From Massalongia carnosa (taxonomy: Eukaryota): DNA of 64,000 nt. The translations under genes and the position numbers were made by a program. This document shows, piece after piece, positions 48,928-64,000 of the stretch; positions within the stretch are counted from its first letter, which is position 1, and the number at the start of each line of letters is the position of its first letter. The stretch lies in assembly GCA_965645245.1 (NCBI GenBank), contig OZ287076.1, forward strand, positions 1,488,001 through 1,552,000. The letters run 5' to 3'. The notes beneath the pieces were generated by a model. The model was not told the origin of the DNA. It saw only the letters and a list, made by a program, of their open reading frames with translations, and ran no database searches.

Positions 48928-50269
48928 ATGACCTCAAGGTTCTGGAGATTTGCCGGTCATCAGACCCGCTCAATGTGCGATTTAGACGGGTTGGGTGATG
49001 TTTTGCTGGGATGCTGTTTCCGTTCTGTTGGCTGGCGAACGGTCAGATAACGGCCAACCTCCGACGAGATGTTGATAGGCCTGCACCACGTAGCAGTTTC
49101 CGATCCAACATGCCTCTTCTGAACAGCATGGCGCTTTCAAAATCCTTCCGAGGCAACCTCGAAACGTCACTAACCGGCCAACATCCTTCTTCGCGATCTA
49201 TCGTCCAAGAGAATTTCTTCGTTCGCGTAACGTGCGCTCACGACATCGTCAGGTACTTCCTCGAAGGCTTTGCCGGAGAATTATATACGGCAATTAGGAG
49301 CAAGCGAGGAAGAAAAAGCCACGATGGATCGCAAAATCCACTCCGCAGCGCGAGTGTGAGCGTGATGGACCTTGTTGAGAAAAGAAAGGGGGGGGGAGAA
49401 GAAGAACACGGATCATTTTATGTTATATATTACTTTCGAGGGTTAAGACGTAATGGTTTATTTAGACAGATCTTGATTTTTTCTTGTTTTGTTGCAACAA
49501 GTAGGTTCGGTATCATTTATAAAATCTATAAGTAGAGATTTCAAAAGGATAGTCGTAGATCTAAAAGATTTTTCAAGCGCCTAGTAACTCCTGTTCACCC
49601 CCGTTTGCACCAGCACTAAAAACCAAAAAATATCAGAAAAATTTCAAATTGCTCATGTAATTGTCTCTAAACTTCAGTATCATCAATGCACATACTCGTA
49701 AAACTCAACCACGTACTTTCCTAAAAATTAACTTTTTTGTCCTTTCGTTATCATAACTATTGTCGGCGGCTGGGGTTTGATTTTTGTGACGCGTACTCCG
49801 TAATCCAGAAACTATACATAGTTACTCTATGTATATACGGCCCGGCAAAACCGATAAAGAAGACAAGGGGTATTGTACATTTCGTCCGAAACAAGACCGA
49901 TCAGAATGAGTTAGGCACTTAGAGGCCTAGATAGCTGATCAGGATCGGGAGGTGGGGGAAATCTCTCGTTCATGGAGCGAGCCCCCCCTCCCTCCCCCCC
50001 AAAAAAGCGGATAGTTAAACTGGGGGTTTGGGGGGAACGTGGTGTAGAAGAAGAAGAAGAAGAAGCAGAAGAAGAAGAAGAAAAAAAGGGGGGGGGGCGG
50101 GGTTGTGAATCGATTGGGAGCGATAGAATATATAAATACCTATTCTGTTCGATTCTATGTATTATTAGCTTTCTGGAAGAGGAAAAAAAAAAACGGAAAG
50201 ACCCTTGCAGGCATCAAAATGGGCAAGTTGGCATAATATGGCGTTAGTGTTTATGACTATTTCTACCCG

Positions 50270-51850
50270 TTGTTATCAAGGCGCAGAGGTGGCCAAGGAT
50301 AAAAATCCCTTCAAAGACGATTTCCTTCGCCATCACCCGCTATGGTAATCCAGTCGTCAACAAACGCAGAAGAATTGATGCGATACGTTGAACATGGTTT
50401 TACTTTCCCTTACGAAACCCCTTACAAGATGTTAGAGGTACACCATGCGCAGCCTGCCATCAGTCAACATTTTAAGCCAAGTTCTTCCCCCTTCTCAACA
50501 GACACAAAGAGACATCCCAAAGCTTGCGATTCTTCTTTCCCTTCTCGGTCTATTGATCGAGAAGAATGTCGCTCTTCAGCTCGCACCACGAATCGTCATT
50601 GCTCTATCTCTTTCTCGAGTTTTCGGGGTTAAATGACTTAGGTGCCGAGAAGGCGTCTTCCCCTAACCGAGTCATTGAATCCTCGTGATTCATCTGAGAA
50701 TGAAGAAGTCTCCTCGCCCAATACTCATTCAAATCTCTCTCGACGTTTGCTGACAAATGGTTTTCGGTAACGACCACCGATTCCAGAAGCTGAAGAAACG
50801 ATGGGTAAACTTGACGGCCAACTGTTTCCTGCATCACACGCAAGAATGACCACACTATATGCCACCAAGTGGCTGGGCTAACTTCAATCACATGTTCTTC
50901 ACTCAAGGTATCATCAAGGCATGTCACGCCCAGCCGGTGAAATGGCTGTGGTGTCGCGGGTGTAAGAACCGAGTTAATACACCTAAACGTCAACAATTCC
51001 GTCAAGCTTAGCACCAGCACTTCTAACGGTATCGTAGCTCGAATTTTGCAGTAAGCCGATGATAAAAGTGAACACTATCCTTGGACTTTGCCTAGTTATA
51101 GAGCAGATCGATGGCTTTGCTACTTTTACAAATGGCATGACACTGCACAAGGAACAAGAGTGTATGATTTGTGGCCTTTCGGAAACTTGGGAATTGCCCG
51201 CAATAGTATTCTCTATCTTTTAATTAGCATCAGAACCTCGAAAATTAAAAAGAAATATAGAAAAAGGTTAACGACCGACATGGCCACACGAACAAGTGCA
51301 TTTTCTTTAGTGCTTAGCTATTCAAGAGTATTACGCATAGGTAGTGAGAGCTCCTGCTCTGGTCGGTACTTAATTGAATCGAACATTTCTGCTCTGCTCA
51401 CCAAGCCATCCAATGGAGCATCGATAGGCAACATTTTGCTTAGATGAAACCCCCATCTTTGAATATCCCGAGGCCTCATCATATTGTTTTTGCAAAACAT
51501 TGCAGACCGTGGAAGATCTTCGGCGAGTCTTACTGGGTTCATTGTTCGAAAGGATCTCGGGTTTGGAACAGAAACTCCAAAAGCTTCCTCATAGAGGTTC
51601 AAGTTTTGTGAAGGTGAGAATTCTCCAAGTAGTTTGGCAAGTAACGATGCAGTCTGATGCTCCAGTTCAGTTGGTGTCACGCCTAAGAAGATAGATTTCA
51701 TGTAGATGGCATGCCAGTATTCCTCGTTGAATGGAAAGATAGGAAGCTAATTTTGCAGATCTCGTGCGAGGAGATGGTCGGAACTATCTTGAATCAAGCA
51801 GCGGCATAAGAACAAGGCATTCTGTGTGAATCGAAGACGCAATACAGGAG
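50270..51850 (-). pseudogene. Decayed unknown coding region (fragments 50604-51020 and 51318-51701)
   Basis: Protein-like ORF fragments in series, separated by isolated stops and an intron-like gap (~51213-51277). No family recognised. Confidence 0.35.
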
Positions 51851-53339
51851 AAGAGTTCTAGAATGCGTAAGCTAAAATGCTCTAAAAGATCTCAGGGAAG
51901 ATTTTATGCCTTGAGTTTCAGATGTAAAGATATCTGATGCGGCTTGATTGGGGGGAATTTAGCCTACATTTGAAAGACAAGCTCAACACGAAGAGACAAG
52001 CTTCGAAGAACAGGGTGCTGGGAAGGTGGTCTCAAAGTTCCGTTCATGGTTTCCTGTAGTATGAACTAAGACACAAGATGGTGGCATATTCCGCGAACAT
52101 GAATGGTCAATGACTTCTTCATTAAGCCACCAACCTGGGAAAGTTCATGGCTGAGACTAAAATCGCCATCGTGATAAATGGAAGTCCAGGATATGCCATC
52201 AATCCAAGCCCTGCTACGAGAAGTGCTTTCCTCGTAAAAGAAATGTAGCGACTTCGAATAAGGTTAGATAACCCACCAGCTTGAGGTCCTCGACATGAAT
52301 GATTCAGATGCCCGGATAAACACCCCGAAATCAAGGGAATATCCTAGCTTTCTTCAATAGGATGGCAAGCACATTGGGCAGCGTCATCTAGATCCTGCCA
52401 AAGATAGGCTTCCCGTAATGCTTAGTGGTGAAAGACTGGGGACTTCGAATATTGTGACAGCATCGAGAGACTGGGCCCGCATGGGACTCTTCACAAGTTC
52501 AACGGGAAAGGCCGAACCTTCATCTCTTCTCATAAGAGAAAGCGGTGAAGAAGAAGACATGAGGAAAGGGGTAGGGCTCATTGTAGGCAATCAAACAAGG
52601 CGTGCAATAAAAATAGATAGGCAGCGAGACAAATGCAGAATTCTGCTTGCTTTACATGAAAAGGTGTCATCTGCTGTATTTGAAAGAACTATTGTCATAA
52701 TAAAAGAAATAGTAATACGTAGTAGTTAGAATTCAGGGGTAAATTTTGAAATAGCTACTAAGGAGAGACGTTAATCACACTCAAATCGGGGATGAAGATC
52801 GTAATCCATTTGCTCGTAGAGGGTGGAACAAGCTTGAAAAAAGCGAGGAGACGCAATGATTGCACATAATCTCTAGCCTCGTTATTAGACAATTTTATTC
52901 CCAACTGAGATCATTTGCATCGTCCTCCCCGATTTTGAATAATTCGCGCCCGATTGGGATTTCTGCATCTCCACCCAAAATTCTGGAAGGCTCTATACGG
53001 TACCTGTTTAAGAGTGTTTGTATACAGGGATAGTGAAAATCGTTTCGACCAAAACCAAGATGAAGATGTAAAATGCCACAGTCGAGCTTGCGGCCGTCTG
53101 GATCGATGATGATGAAGATGTAGAAAATCAGATACTGTAGGCTCATCTTCGAATGCGTTATGTAAAGGTTGCTGTTGTCTTTCATGAGCTGACAATTACT
53201 CGCAGGTGACATCGCAGACTCGTTGCAAACAAAAGTCATTCAAGTATCTGTACAGAGTACACAAGACATCCATGGGTTGGTTTCGCCAGTGTCCTCTCGC
53301 GTGCCACAGATAAGTTATAAGCGTGGTATAAAGTAGAAA

Positions 53340-53815
53340 ATGCCCCACACGCCGGTCAAGATTTCAGCGTATCAAGCACATGGAATTTTCCGAAATTCAC
53401 GTCGTCAAAGCAGACGAGAAGACTGTTTCTCCAAACTGGTTCCAGCCGACGGAGTGAAAGCGATACTAGAAGCTTTAGCGGAAGGCGGATACGTAGTCCT
53501 CAAAGGTGCTACCAATCTTACCGGCGATTTGCCATCTGTGAAAGAGGAAATTATATCGAACAAAGTAGGTCAGCCTGCCAGCCAGTTGAGGTAATAGCTG
53601 ATATATTTTGTAAAATGTTTGTGAGAGCGATTCTTACCTCGGCTCAAGATGGCAAGTTCATTCTAACCGGCTACAAACTTCTTAGAGTCGGCTCAACCCA
53701 CAGAGAGGTTGGGCTCGACAAAGCTTTGAGGGAAATGGCCGAAGACACTGGGCTTAATCATCTTGGGGGAGACGAAAGTGTTTGTTGGATCATCCAAATT
53801 GATCCACTAATTTGA
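53340..53815 (+). other. Possible small unknown gene or relic (2 exon-like ORFs)
   Basis: TATA-like GTATAAAAG upstream, an ATG ORF, a GTAGGT donor and CTGAT branch, but no clear AG acceptor. Confidence 0.25.
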
Positions 53816-54736
53816 GGAGACGAGACAGAGATGAAAAAAGTCGAGGCAAATGGTGACATGTACTGTGAGCTATGTCTACATGTTATCTACATTTACACTC
53901 TATGGGGGTGAAAGCGGTACATAACTAGTTACATACATAGCCGTGGCCAGGGCCGGAAAAAGAAACCAAGCTCGAATAAAATAATGTTTTATTTCCCCTG
54001 CGTTGCCCTGCGCTTTTTGGGCCGCTCTGTAACTAACTAACTAACCAACTAATCAACTAACCGACTGCCTGCCTGCCTGTACCGTTTTGCAAAACTAGAA
54101 CGATCGCGTCGTTCGTCACAAAGACGGCAGACAAGGGAGTTATTGTTGATGCGGTAAAGTCGGGAATCCTGGGCTCGGGCAGGCAGGGCGATGCGATGCG
54201 ATGGGTTCCCAAAGGATTCGGAAAGGGGGGGGGCGAATAGGAGTAGTAGTTTTTTTTTGGTGCTGTTGTGGATATTATGATGGTAATTGTGGGGGGGAGG
54301 GGGTTTGAAAGGAAAGGGATATAAGAAAACGAAATGGGGGGAAATTAGAGAATTGTTGAAAAGTTTTTTTTGGTGATTGTGTAAAGGAAGGCGAGCGAGT
54401 TTTGAGAAAGATCAAAAGGTTTTTTGCGGCGGGGGAACCCCATTTGTTATTTTTACTCCAGTAATCGAGTCTCTGTTCTGGAAAAGTCGCAACAACAAAA
54501 AAAAGGAGTGAAAAGCCCGGCTTCTGGCAAAGATTGGAACACGCTCTGCAGTTTAGATTCCTGATATTTTGTTTTCATGGTGAAATTGCCGAGATAAAAA
54601 TATAACTAAAAGAAATTGCCTGGACCATCGACGAAAATGGGGTAAAAAGGGGCAGCAGAGAACCAGCTCAATGCCATACTTTTTCGCTCTGCCCTTTCCT
54701 CATTCATCAAGCCTTGTGCTCCATATCCTCACAAAT

Positions 54737-56854
54737 TCACCTCCTCTCCTCCCCCATCCGGATCACTTCCCCAATCGCCCTCACCAACCCATCATCCCAT
54801 ATCTCCAGCTTCCTCCCACATACATCCCCCAGCATATCCCTCGCCATATCCCTCAGTTTGGCGGCCAAACACCCCACTCTAGCGCCTAGCCCATCTTCGT
54901 CAAGCCTTTCCGGCATCTGCGTTCGGAACCACGGTATTCTTGAGGAAGGCATCATGGTCGGGGGTTGTAGACCCAGTATCGCCCGCGCTTTTTTCGGTAC
55001 GTTGGCGAGGTTAAAAAAACACGCTTGATTTTTTGGAATGTGGGACGCGCAATTATTGTGGATGGGAGTTTGAGAGCTGAGGGACAGGAGGTAGTTGAGG
55101 GCGAGGTAGGTGGCTTGAAGGGATTTGAGCGTGGGAGTTGCTGCGGTAGGGAAGATAGTTTGGAGGGCATGGAAAGCAGGGTTTGTCTCTGAGAGGCTTT
55201 GATGAAGTTGCTTATGCGGGACAGGATCTGAATGGGGAACACATATTTCTTCAGGCGTTGGTGGAGTCATTGGGTGACTGGTAAGTGGTCTAAATATGGA
55301 ATATCGGCTTTGCAAAACTTTAGGAGAAAATCCAGGGCTTCTCGATCGCAAGCTAGACCTGGATTTATCTAGACTTGACAAACGTGCATGTTGGATCACG
55401 GGAGAGTCGAGATGTAGGGTTTCTTTGTAGGAATTCGCTACCGCTAGCTCCAACTCTGTCAAAACCAAGGCAATGGGAACATGTTCGAAATGGGTATGGG
55501 AGGAAGCTGGTGAGACTGAGTGGAAAAGATCTTGTAGATGACACTCGGTCGCGCAGCATTTTGAGATAGGCGTATTAGGCGGAGCGGTAGGGCTTCTGGA
55601 CGGACTGTAATCAGCGCTGCATCCACGTTTCGATGATTTATCCGTCGACGTAGGTGTTTCTGGAGAGGAAACAGGAAAAGGACAGGAGCTAAGCCTTGGT
55701 TTGAATTCCGAATCAAGGTGATTCTGCAATGGAAAGGGTGAAGAAGATCGACGTGAAATTGTAATGACCTGGGCTTTCGAGGAGTTGGTAAAAGTGGTAT
55801 AGTGCTAGATGTTGATCAGCAAAATTCTCGGCCATTAGAAGAATAGAGTAATCACTGCTTCCTCGATGCTTTCACCTGGCTCTAGTATATCCGTGACCAC
55901 TCTTAGCTTTCTGCGGGGTGGATTGATGTCAAGAGGTCTAGCACGATATGCTGAAGGTTGTGTCTCGCCGAGAGTAGTTGCTCTCCTTTCAAAGAGAGGT
56001 ATGAGATCATCCCTTTGGACTGGCCAACCAGCTTCGCGTCGCAAATGCCTTGACCCAGCCACCTTCTGGAGCGTTCGTGGCTCTGGAGTGCTTCGTATTT
56101 CGCCATAGGATAGTTTCCGTTTAGGATATTCGGGCTGTAGGCTCTCCACACAAGGAGTTAAGCTTGGTATGGAGTAAAGTTCCCTATTGAATACCGTCGT
56201 AGTACTTGTCCCTGGTTGAGAGTTATTTCCAATTAACCCGGTGTCATTTGAATAGATTTGACGCGAGTTGTTATCTTGGCTTTGGTATCGAGAATAGGAA
56301 CAAGTCCGACGACGCTTGGCTTCCCATGCAGACCCTGGTTGAAAAGCTATTTCTGAAGGTTGTGCGGCTGGCTTTACTCTAGCTTTGTGGGTTGGTAGAT
56401 CTAAGAGTATCGGTGATAGTAGGGACTGTCGGGTCGTCGGTTCTCTTTCAGCAATCGGCACTCCTATTGATTGCTTTACATTGAGCGGTGTGAAGAGTGC
56501 AATGGCGGGTCTCTCATCGGGTCCTTGGTATGATTGTTGCAAACCTGCATCTAGACGTGTGATATTGGATGAGTGATGACGCAGGTCCTTGCTACTCGTC
56601 CTGCGGGTTAGGGAGATGCTGCGATGAGGAGATAAGGGTGGCGAGGCCGAGCTAGGCTGCTGCCGAACGTACAATCCATGGGTTATAGGCAAAGGCCCTT
56701 GCGAGTGTATGATAGCTGATGGATTGTCCACTAATAATAACTGACCATGTCTGGCGTGCTTGACATCCACATAGGCATTTTCATCTCTGACTTGACTTCT
56801 GACTCCTGTAGTCGATGAGGATGATTCTGAAGCATGAAAAAATCGAGCAGACAT
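54737..56854 (-). CDS. Hypothetical protein (low-complexity N-terminus, helical C-terminal domain), 2 exons
   Basis: ORFs of 339 aa and 330 aa joined by an intron at ~55806-55855. C-terminus reads LQATYLALNYL..VPKKARAILGL..LVRAIGEVIR. Confidence 0.7.
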
Positions 56855-57343
56855 TGTGACATGGACGGTTTAGGAGGACATTTGCCATGGCGCTTGATGG
56901 AATGAATCTTGTCCAGTTTATAAAATGTTGGAATGAGATATTCCAGGATCAAGGCACTGAGTGGAATGTTGACCTATCCTCTTCTTGGAGGGGTTGCGTG
57001 CATGTAAGACACTAGACGGAAACTTGTTCCAAGCAAGGGGCGACAACATCGTCAGAGAAAGAAGCAACGATGGTAGTAAACAACAACCAAGGTAGAGGAG
57101 CAGGTAGGTAGGTGTTTAACCTCAAAGCATTTTTTCGAAGTATTTTTTCTTCACAAGACCAGACGATTAACAAAGTGGGAGGAAGAAGGGGAAGGGGAAG
57201 GGGAAGGGAAATAAACAAGCGTCAAGCAACGAGTAGGTAGAAATACGTGATTATGAATATTGCCCTATAGGGAAGCATCTTAGCCCTAGCACGTCTTCTC
57301 TGGATGTGTATGGTGACGATGCAATAATGGCTGCTATGGCACC

Positions 57344-57433
57344 ACTTGCCCTACTTGCCCTACTTGCCCTACTTGCCCTACCTGCCCTACCTGCCCTACT
57401 TGCCTTACCTGCCCTACCTTCCTTACCTGCCTT
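57344..57433. repeat. 9-bp tandem repeat (ACYTGCCYT) x10
   Basis: Read directly; lies upstream of MET16. Confidence 0.9.
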
Positions 57434-58162
57434 AGTCCTCCCCTACCCCCTGATACCTAGTAACACCCCTTTTGTTGGGCTGGAGAGGCCCAGTTAATAG
57501 CCGGATCGCTCTCCGATTAGAAGATCTGATCTGCACGTTATCGCTATCCGTAACGTTAACTTAGTTGAGGCTCTGTGTGCATGCCGCAGCGAGATTTCGT
57601 AGATCTTCAACTCAACGGCTTTCATGTTGAGTTGGAGATTTTCAAGCACGAAAAGGAAATGGTCACGTTACCTTGTACGGACTGCGATCGCGACCTCTAA
57701 CTCTCTCTTCTAGTAATCATCATTAATAATGCGAATTGTGCGATAGGGAATTATCGATCCCATCTCCGGCATCCGACACCGCTCCCATAAATACATTGGA
57801 AACGGCTGACGTTCGTACTTCTGACGAAAAAATGTCTTCCAAACTTACAATTTGCTTTGTCAGTTCCTGTATTAGCGGCGAGCACGCAATTTCTTAGGCT
57901 TGTTTGATCATTCAATTATAGCCACGCCCACAATAAAAATATCTACCGAAAATGAAACGGTCATTATGCAAGTTTCTTCTCATCATGTGCTCCTGCTTCT
58001 CTTCCCCTTGCTCAAACTCTTGCCTTTGCCCATTTTCATAAAAAAAAGGAAGAAAAAGCATGACTTTCTCACTCTAACATTGGCTCTTCCCTTTCGCTCA
58101 AGTGTAGCCCGCATCAGTTTCTTTCGTGTGGCTCTCCCATTTCCACCTATATCGTGTGAGAT

Positions 58163-59111
58163 ATGCCTTCCAGAGTATCCGCAGATCCCCTTGTCGAGTC
58201 CGGAGATGTGAGTGATGGCTCAAGCCAAGGCGGTGTGCCTGAGATTTACTTTACCACGCCCCATCTTACCTTTTTAAACCGCCAGTTGCAAAACCTAGAG
58301 CCTCAAGGTAAGCCGACTTGTTGCCCTCATTTCGCTGGGCCCTAGGCTGATACGGGGTCTGGCAGAAATCTTACAATGGTCGATCACTACTCTTCCGTCG
58401 TTGTACCAAACGACTTCGTTCGGTCTCACGGGCCTAGCGATTATTGACATGCTCTCAAAAATGAAAATCCCACGGCCTCAGGTGGTCGACTTGATCTTCT
58501 TTGACACTCTGCACCATTTCCCAGAGACTTTGACCCTTGTGGATCGTGTACGATCTCGCTATCCTCATGTCAATCTCCACGTCTATAAGCCCGAGGGCTT
58601 GAAGACGGCAGAGGAATTTGCACAAAAGCACGGCGAGAAGCTATGGGAACGCACCGATGAGCTTTATGACTGGCTCGCAAAAGTTGAGCCAGCACAGCGA
58701 GCCTATCGGGAATTGCAGGTCGACGCCGTTCTTACCGGGCGGCGACGTAGCCAAGGAGGCAAAAGGGGAGATTTACGGGTGCTTGATGTTGACGAGGCTG
58801 GACTGATCAAAATCAACCCTTTAGCCAACTGGACGTTTCAGCAAGTCCGGGAATATATCAAGGAGAACGATATCCCATATAATGAGCTCCTGGACCGTGG
58901 CTACAAGAGTGTTGGTGATTGGCACTCGACCAAGCCAATTGCTGACGGAGAAGACGAACGGGCTGGGCGATGGCAAGGTCAACAGAAGACAGAGTGTGGT
59001 ATCCACAATCCTCGATCCAAGTTTGCCCAATTTCTCCTGCAACAGGAGCAGAAGAAACAGGACGAGGCATTAGCTCTCACTCGTCAGTCTAGGCTTGAGG
59101 TTGCAGGATGA
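58163..59111 (+). CDS. MET16: PAPS (phosphoadenosine phosphosulfate) reductase, 2 exons
   Basis: LYQTTSFGLTGL, FFDTLHHFPETL, VLTGRRRSQG, KINPLANW, GYKSVGDWHST and ERAGRW..KTECGIH. Confidence 0.96.
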
Positions 59112-59773
59112 AGTGAGGGATTTCTTAATCGCATACATAGCATTGGTGGTCTTATCTAGTTGCGGGGACGCAAAAAGCTGGGCGGTTGGGGGAGGTGATT
59201 TTAAAGAATTCCTAAAAGCGCATAGACGATGGGATCCAGGCCGAGAATTGGTGACAGTGGTTAATTTTTAGCTTTAGACATGCAAATACAATGAGTCTCC
59301 TAATATGTAATCCTTTAGCATACCACGATAGATAGATCATTGCATGGTACAGAGTACTGGATACTTCTTAACCGAGCACATAAATCAAAAATTTCTTCCT
59401 GTGCGTTTTGTCTCGTGCCCCCCTCTCAAGCCCCACCAAAAAGCTCGGCGTCACGTCATAATTACACGTTTCTTCATCCGTTTCTGGAACATGTATCTGT
59501 AACGATCTATTAGAGTGCCGCAGCCACAGCAAGCGGCGGTGAGATGAATTGAAAGGATTAGAGAGCAAAAATGATGCGGAATCTCGGTTTTTTCTGTCAT
59601 CCTCTCTTCTGACAAACATTTTCTTCCGCAATGTTCTACCGCCAACGCATCTTTCTTGCGAATCCCCCCCCACCCATAAAGTAGGGCTCCGTCCATTTTC
59701 CTATCTTACCAATTGTGCGTTTTCTTTTCGTTCCGATTTGAAAAACCGATTGAACTCACATACATCTGCTTAG

Positions 59774-61804
<2,031 letters not shown>

Positions 61805-62004
61805 CGAAGCTGGCAGACGGGAAACCAGAAGATGAGTATTCGGCCTAGCGATATTCTTCTGTGTTTTGCATGCTTGAAGCAATCAAAATAGACTAGGGGG
61901 TTTTCTCATAGAAATTCGAGCATAGTACCCTTGGAGGACAATTTTTGCACGCAAAGATATGAAGCAAAATCACTTCGAAGAACTAAAATCTCGCTCTTAA
62001 CATA

Positions 62005-64000
62005 ATCGTCGGCTAGTCTCTCGCTTACCTCGGCCGACTCGAGGGGTTCGCCTCTGGTCGGGGAAAGCAAAGTTCGGCGGAAAGCAAAGCTCGTCTTTTC
62101 AACTTTTACACGCAAAAAATCAATCAAATAACGATGGGAATTTTTTTCTACAAAGATCAAGCATGAAAAATTTTATAATAGTAGTTATACTAATAATAAT
62201 CCAACTGCTCCTGAACATCATCCTCGTCGCTGTCGTCGACATCGTCGCCTACTTCCTCTTCTATTTCAAAGGCAACGAAGTCTTTTTGTAGACGAATAGA
62301 ATCACCTTCACCTATAAATCGTAGGTTTTGATCACCTACAGTATCCATGATAAAGATAGTCTCTATCTCTTCCTATTCATCATTGAATATATGAGTATCT
62401 TTTACTCCTTTCTTCGTCTTTTTTTGGTCTCTTCCGTCTGCCAAGTAATGTCGCTCGCCTTCCAAATAGCCTCAGGATCATCAATAGGATTCAACATTTC
62501 ATCTGATATGCTAACTCCCTGTTTTGCGAGGTCTTTAACATGTTTTATTCTGATCTTTTCATTCTTTCGAGCGATAACACCTTCCGCGTGTACACTATCT
62601 CTTTTCATTCGCCATATTCTCATGAAGTTGTTGTGTTCTCGTTTCTTTTTTATCTGCTCATCTTTTTGCTGTCTTTCAGCAATTGCTCGTTGCGCATCCT
62701 CCTTCGTGAGTCCTAATCCTCCGTCTGTCGAGTAATTAGGTCTTAATCACTTGCGAGAAGTTGCTCTTTATAGTAATTCATTGCTTCTTTGCTCATGATG
62801 AAGTGATAATCCGAAGTTCGTAAGCGTCGATTTGGCAACAACTTCCTTCGTATTACTCACGAATTCCTCTAACTCCTGTTCCCGGACTGGATCACTCCAT
62901 TGTGTATTATCGCGAATTTTGGGTAGCCATTCAAGTGATCCTCTTTCAACATCATCAAACGTTTTAGGTTGAATTCGTGGCAATGTTGGGAGAGATGATG
63001 TTGAAAAAGAAGAAGAATTATTCTCACTTTGCGAAGGTACAAACCCCTTTAGCTGTTCAGTGCATTTCTTCTCATTAATAGGCCACATTCCAGATTTTTC
63101 AAAGGCAGATTGAATAGTGGATTTCTTGAATGTGTTATCTCGTATTTTAGTGAGATCTTGACAAAATCGAGTTATTGTATACTCTACATTGAACTCCGCA
63201 ATCGCATCTTGAATGGCCACATCATGCCAATGTTTATAAGGTTGAAACACTCCTACATCAAGCGGTTGCATACAATGCGTCAAGTGTGGTATCAAAGGAT
63301 AAGGACGAATCCAGTTTTCATTGGCAAGCTTGATGAATTCAGGAGTAACATGACTACCGTGATTATCCATGAGCATCAACTTCCAATCACTCTCAGATCC
63401 TGCCTCAGAATTTTCAATGTAATGTTGCAGATATGCAATCGCTATTTTATCCGATGTGAATCTATTTTCTGACGAAACAATTCGAGTTCCTTTAGGCAGT
63501 TCGTCTGCAAACCAATTGCTCATCATATCATGACCTTGTATGATAAGTAAAGGAGGTGGCGGATAATCACCGGCTGGCGTTTATATTCTCGAAATGGTGA
63601 TAGATTTTCTATTCTCAGGACTAATAGAATAATACTCCTTTACGTCTGTTGGAACCAAATTTTCATGTCCCTTCATGCAGCCAACTCGAAAACCAGCCTC
63701 ATCAAAATTGATGATATTTCGTTTATTCTTGATATTCAGCTCTCGAAGAACCACCCGATAATCAGCGAACCCTGCTTCAACGTCCTTCACTTATCCCGCC
63801 GTATAGCGAACGACTGCTAGCGGTTTAGTCTTAATCTTATGTAAATGGTTAGATTTCCACCATGTTCTAAACCATCGCTTAGTAGGACCTTTATAATCAG
63901 CATTCTGACTTCGCTTCAGACTCTTGATCGCGTTGAATATCAGTTCATGCGTCGGTTGAACACCATATGTAAGTAACGAACTCATGTATTGCTTTAATCT
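62005..64000 (-). mobile_element. Second pogo/Fot1-type element with decayed transposase, running off the window end
   Basis: INFDEAGFRVG, LLMDNHGSH and MQPLDVGVF, with several stops and frameshifts. Probable terminus TA|ATCGTCGGC at 62003-62013. Confidence 0.88.

Noticed and set aside
49011..50247. 174-aa and Glu-rich ORFs
   Set aside because: Low-complexity, microsatellite-driven frames ((GAA)n, G and C runs) without recognisable motifs.
45000..54045. (TTAG)n at ~45000 and (CTAA)n at ~54030 as inverted terminal repeats of the island
   Set aside because: The match is limited to a simple tetranucleotide repeat; flanking bases do not extend it and there is no TSD.

Overview
Gene-dense window from a filamentous ascomycete (Pezizomycotina-type), judged from short spliceosomal introns with CTRAY branch sites and typical fungal proteins. 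About 20 intact-looking genes: a CFEM protein, CMS1, CENP-T, SHY1/SURF1, MIX17, a UBX protein, LRP1/Rrp47, a ketopantoate-reductase-family gene, an Rkm2/Set11-type SET gene, COQ4, PDCD5, SEC2, PRP21, PMT1, a small membrane protein, ERF2, an ASH1-type H3K36 methyltransferase, a hypothetical gene, and a tandem MET16-MET3 sulfate-assimilation pair. Accessory regions: (1) a transposon nest at ~18.7-24.5 kb with two piggyBac-family elements; one is full length with 26-bp TIRs, non-TTAA (CTAT/ATAG) flanks, an intron and three separate solo-LTR insertions; (2) two decayed pogo/Fot1-type Tc1/mariner elements (32.4-34.4 kb and 62.0 kb to the window end); (3) a ~9-kb island (45-54 kb) of decayed genes, including a divergent pair of a casein-kinase-1 pseudogene and a putative nuclease-fold pseudogene. 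Window-wide patterns are a strongly over-represented intergenic TAC(A/G)GAGTA motif and three GC-AG introns sharing the donor GCATGT. All family assignments come from motif recognition by eye. No database searches were run, and exon boundaries are manual.
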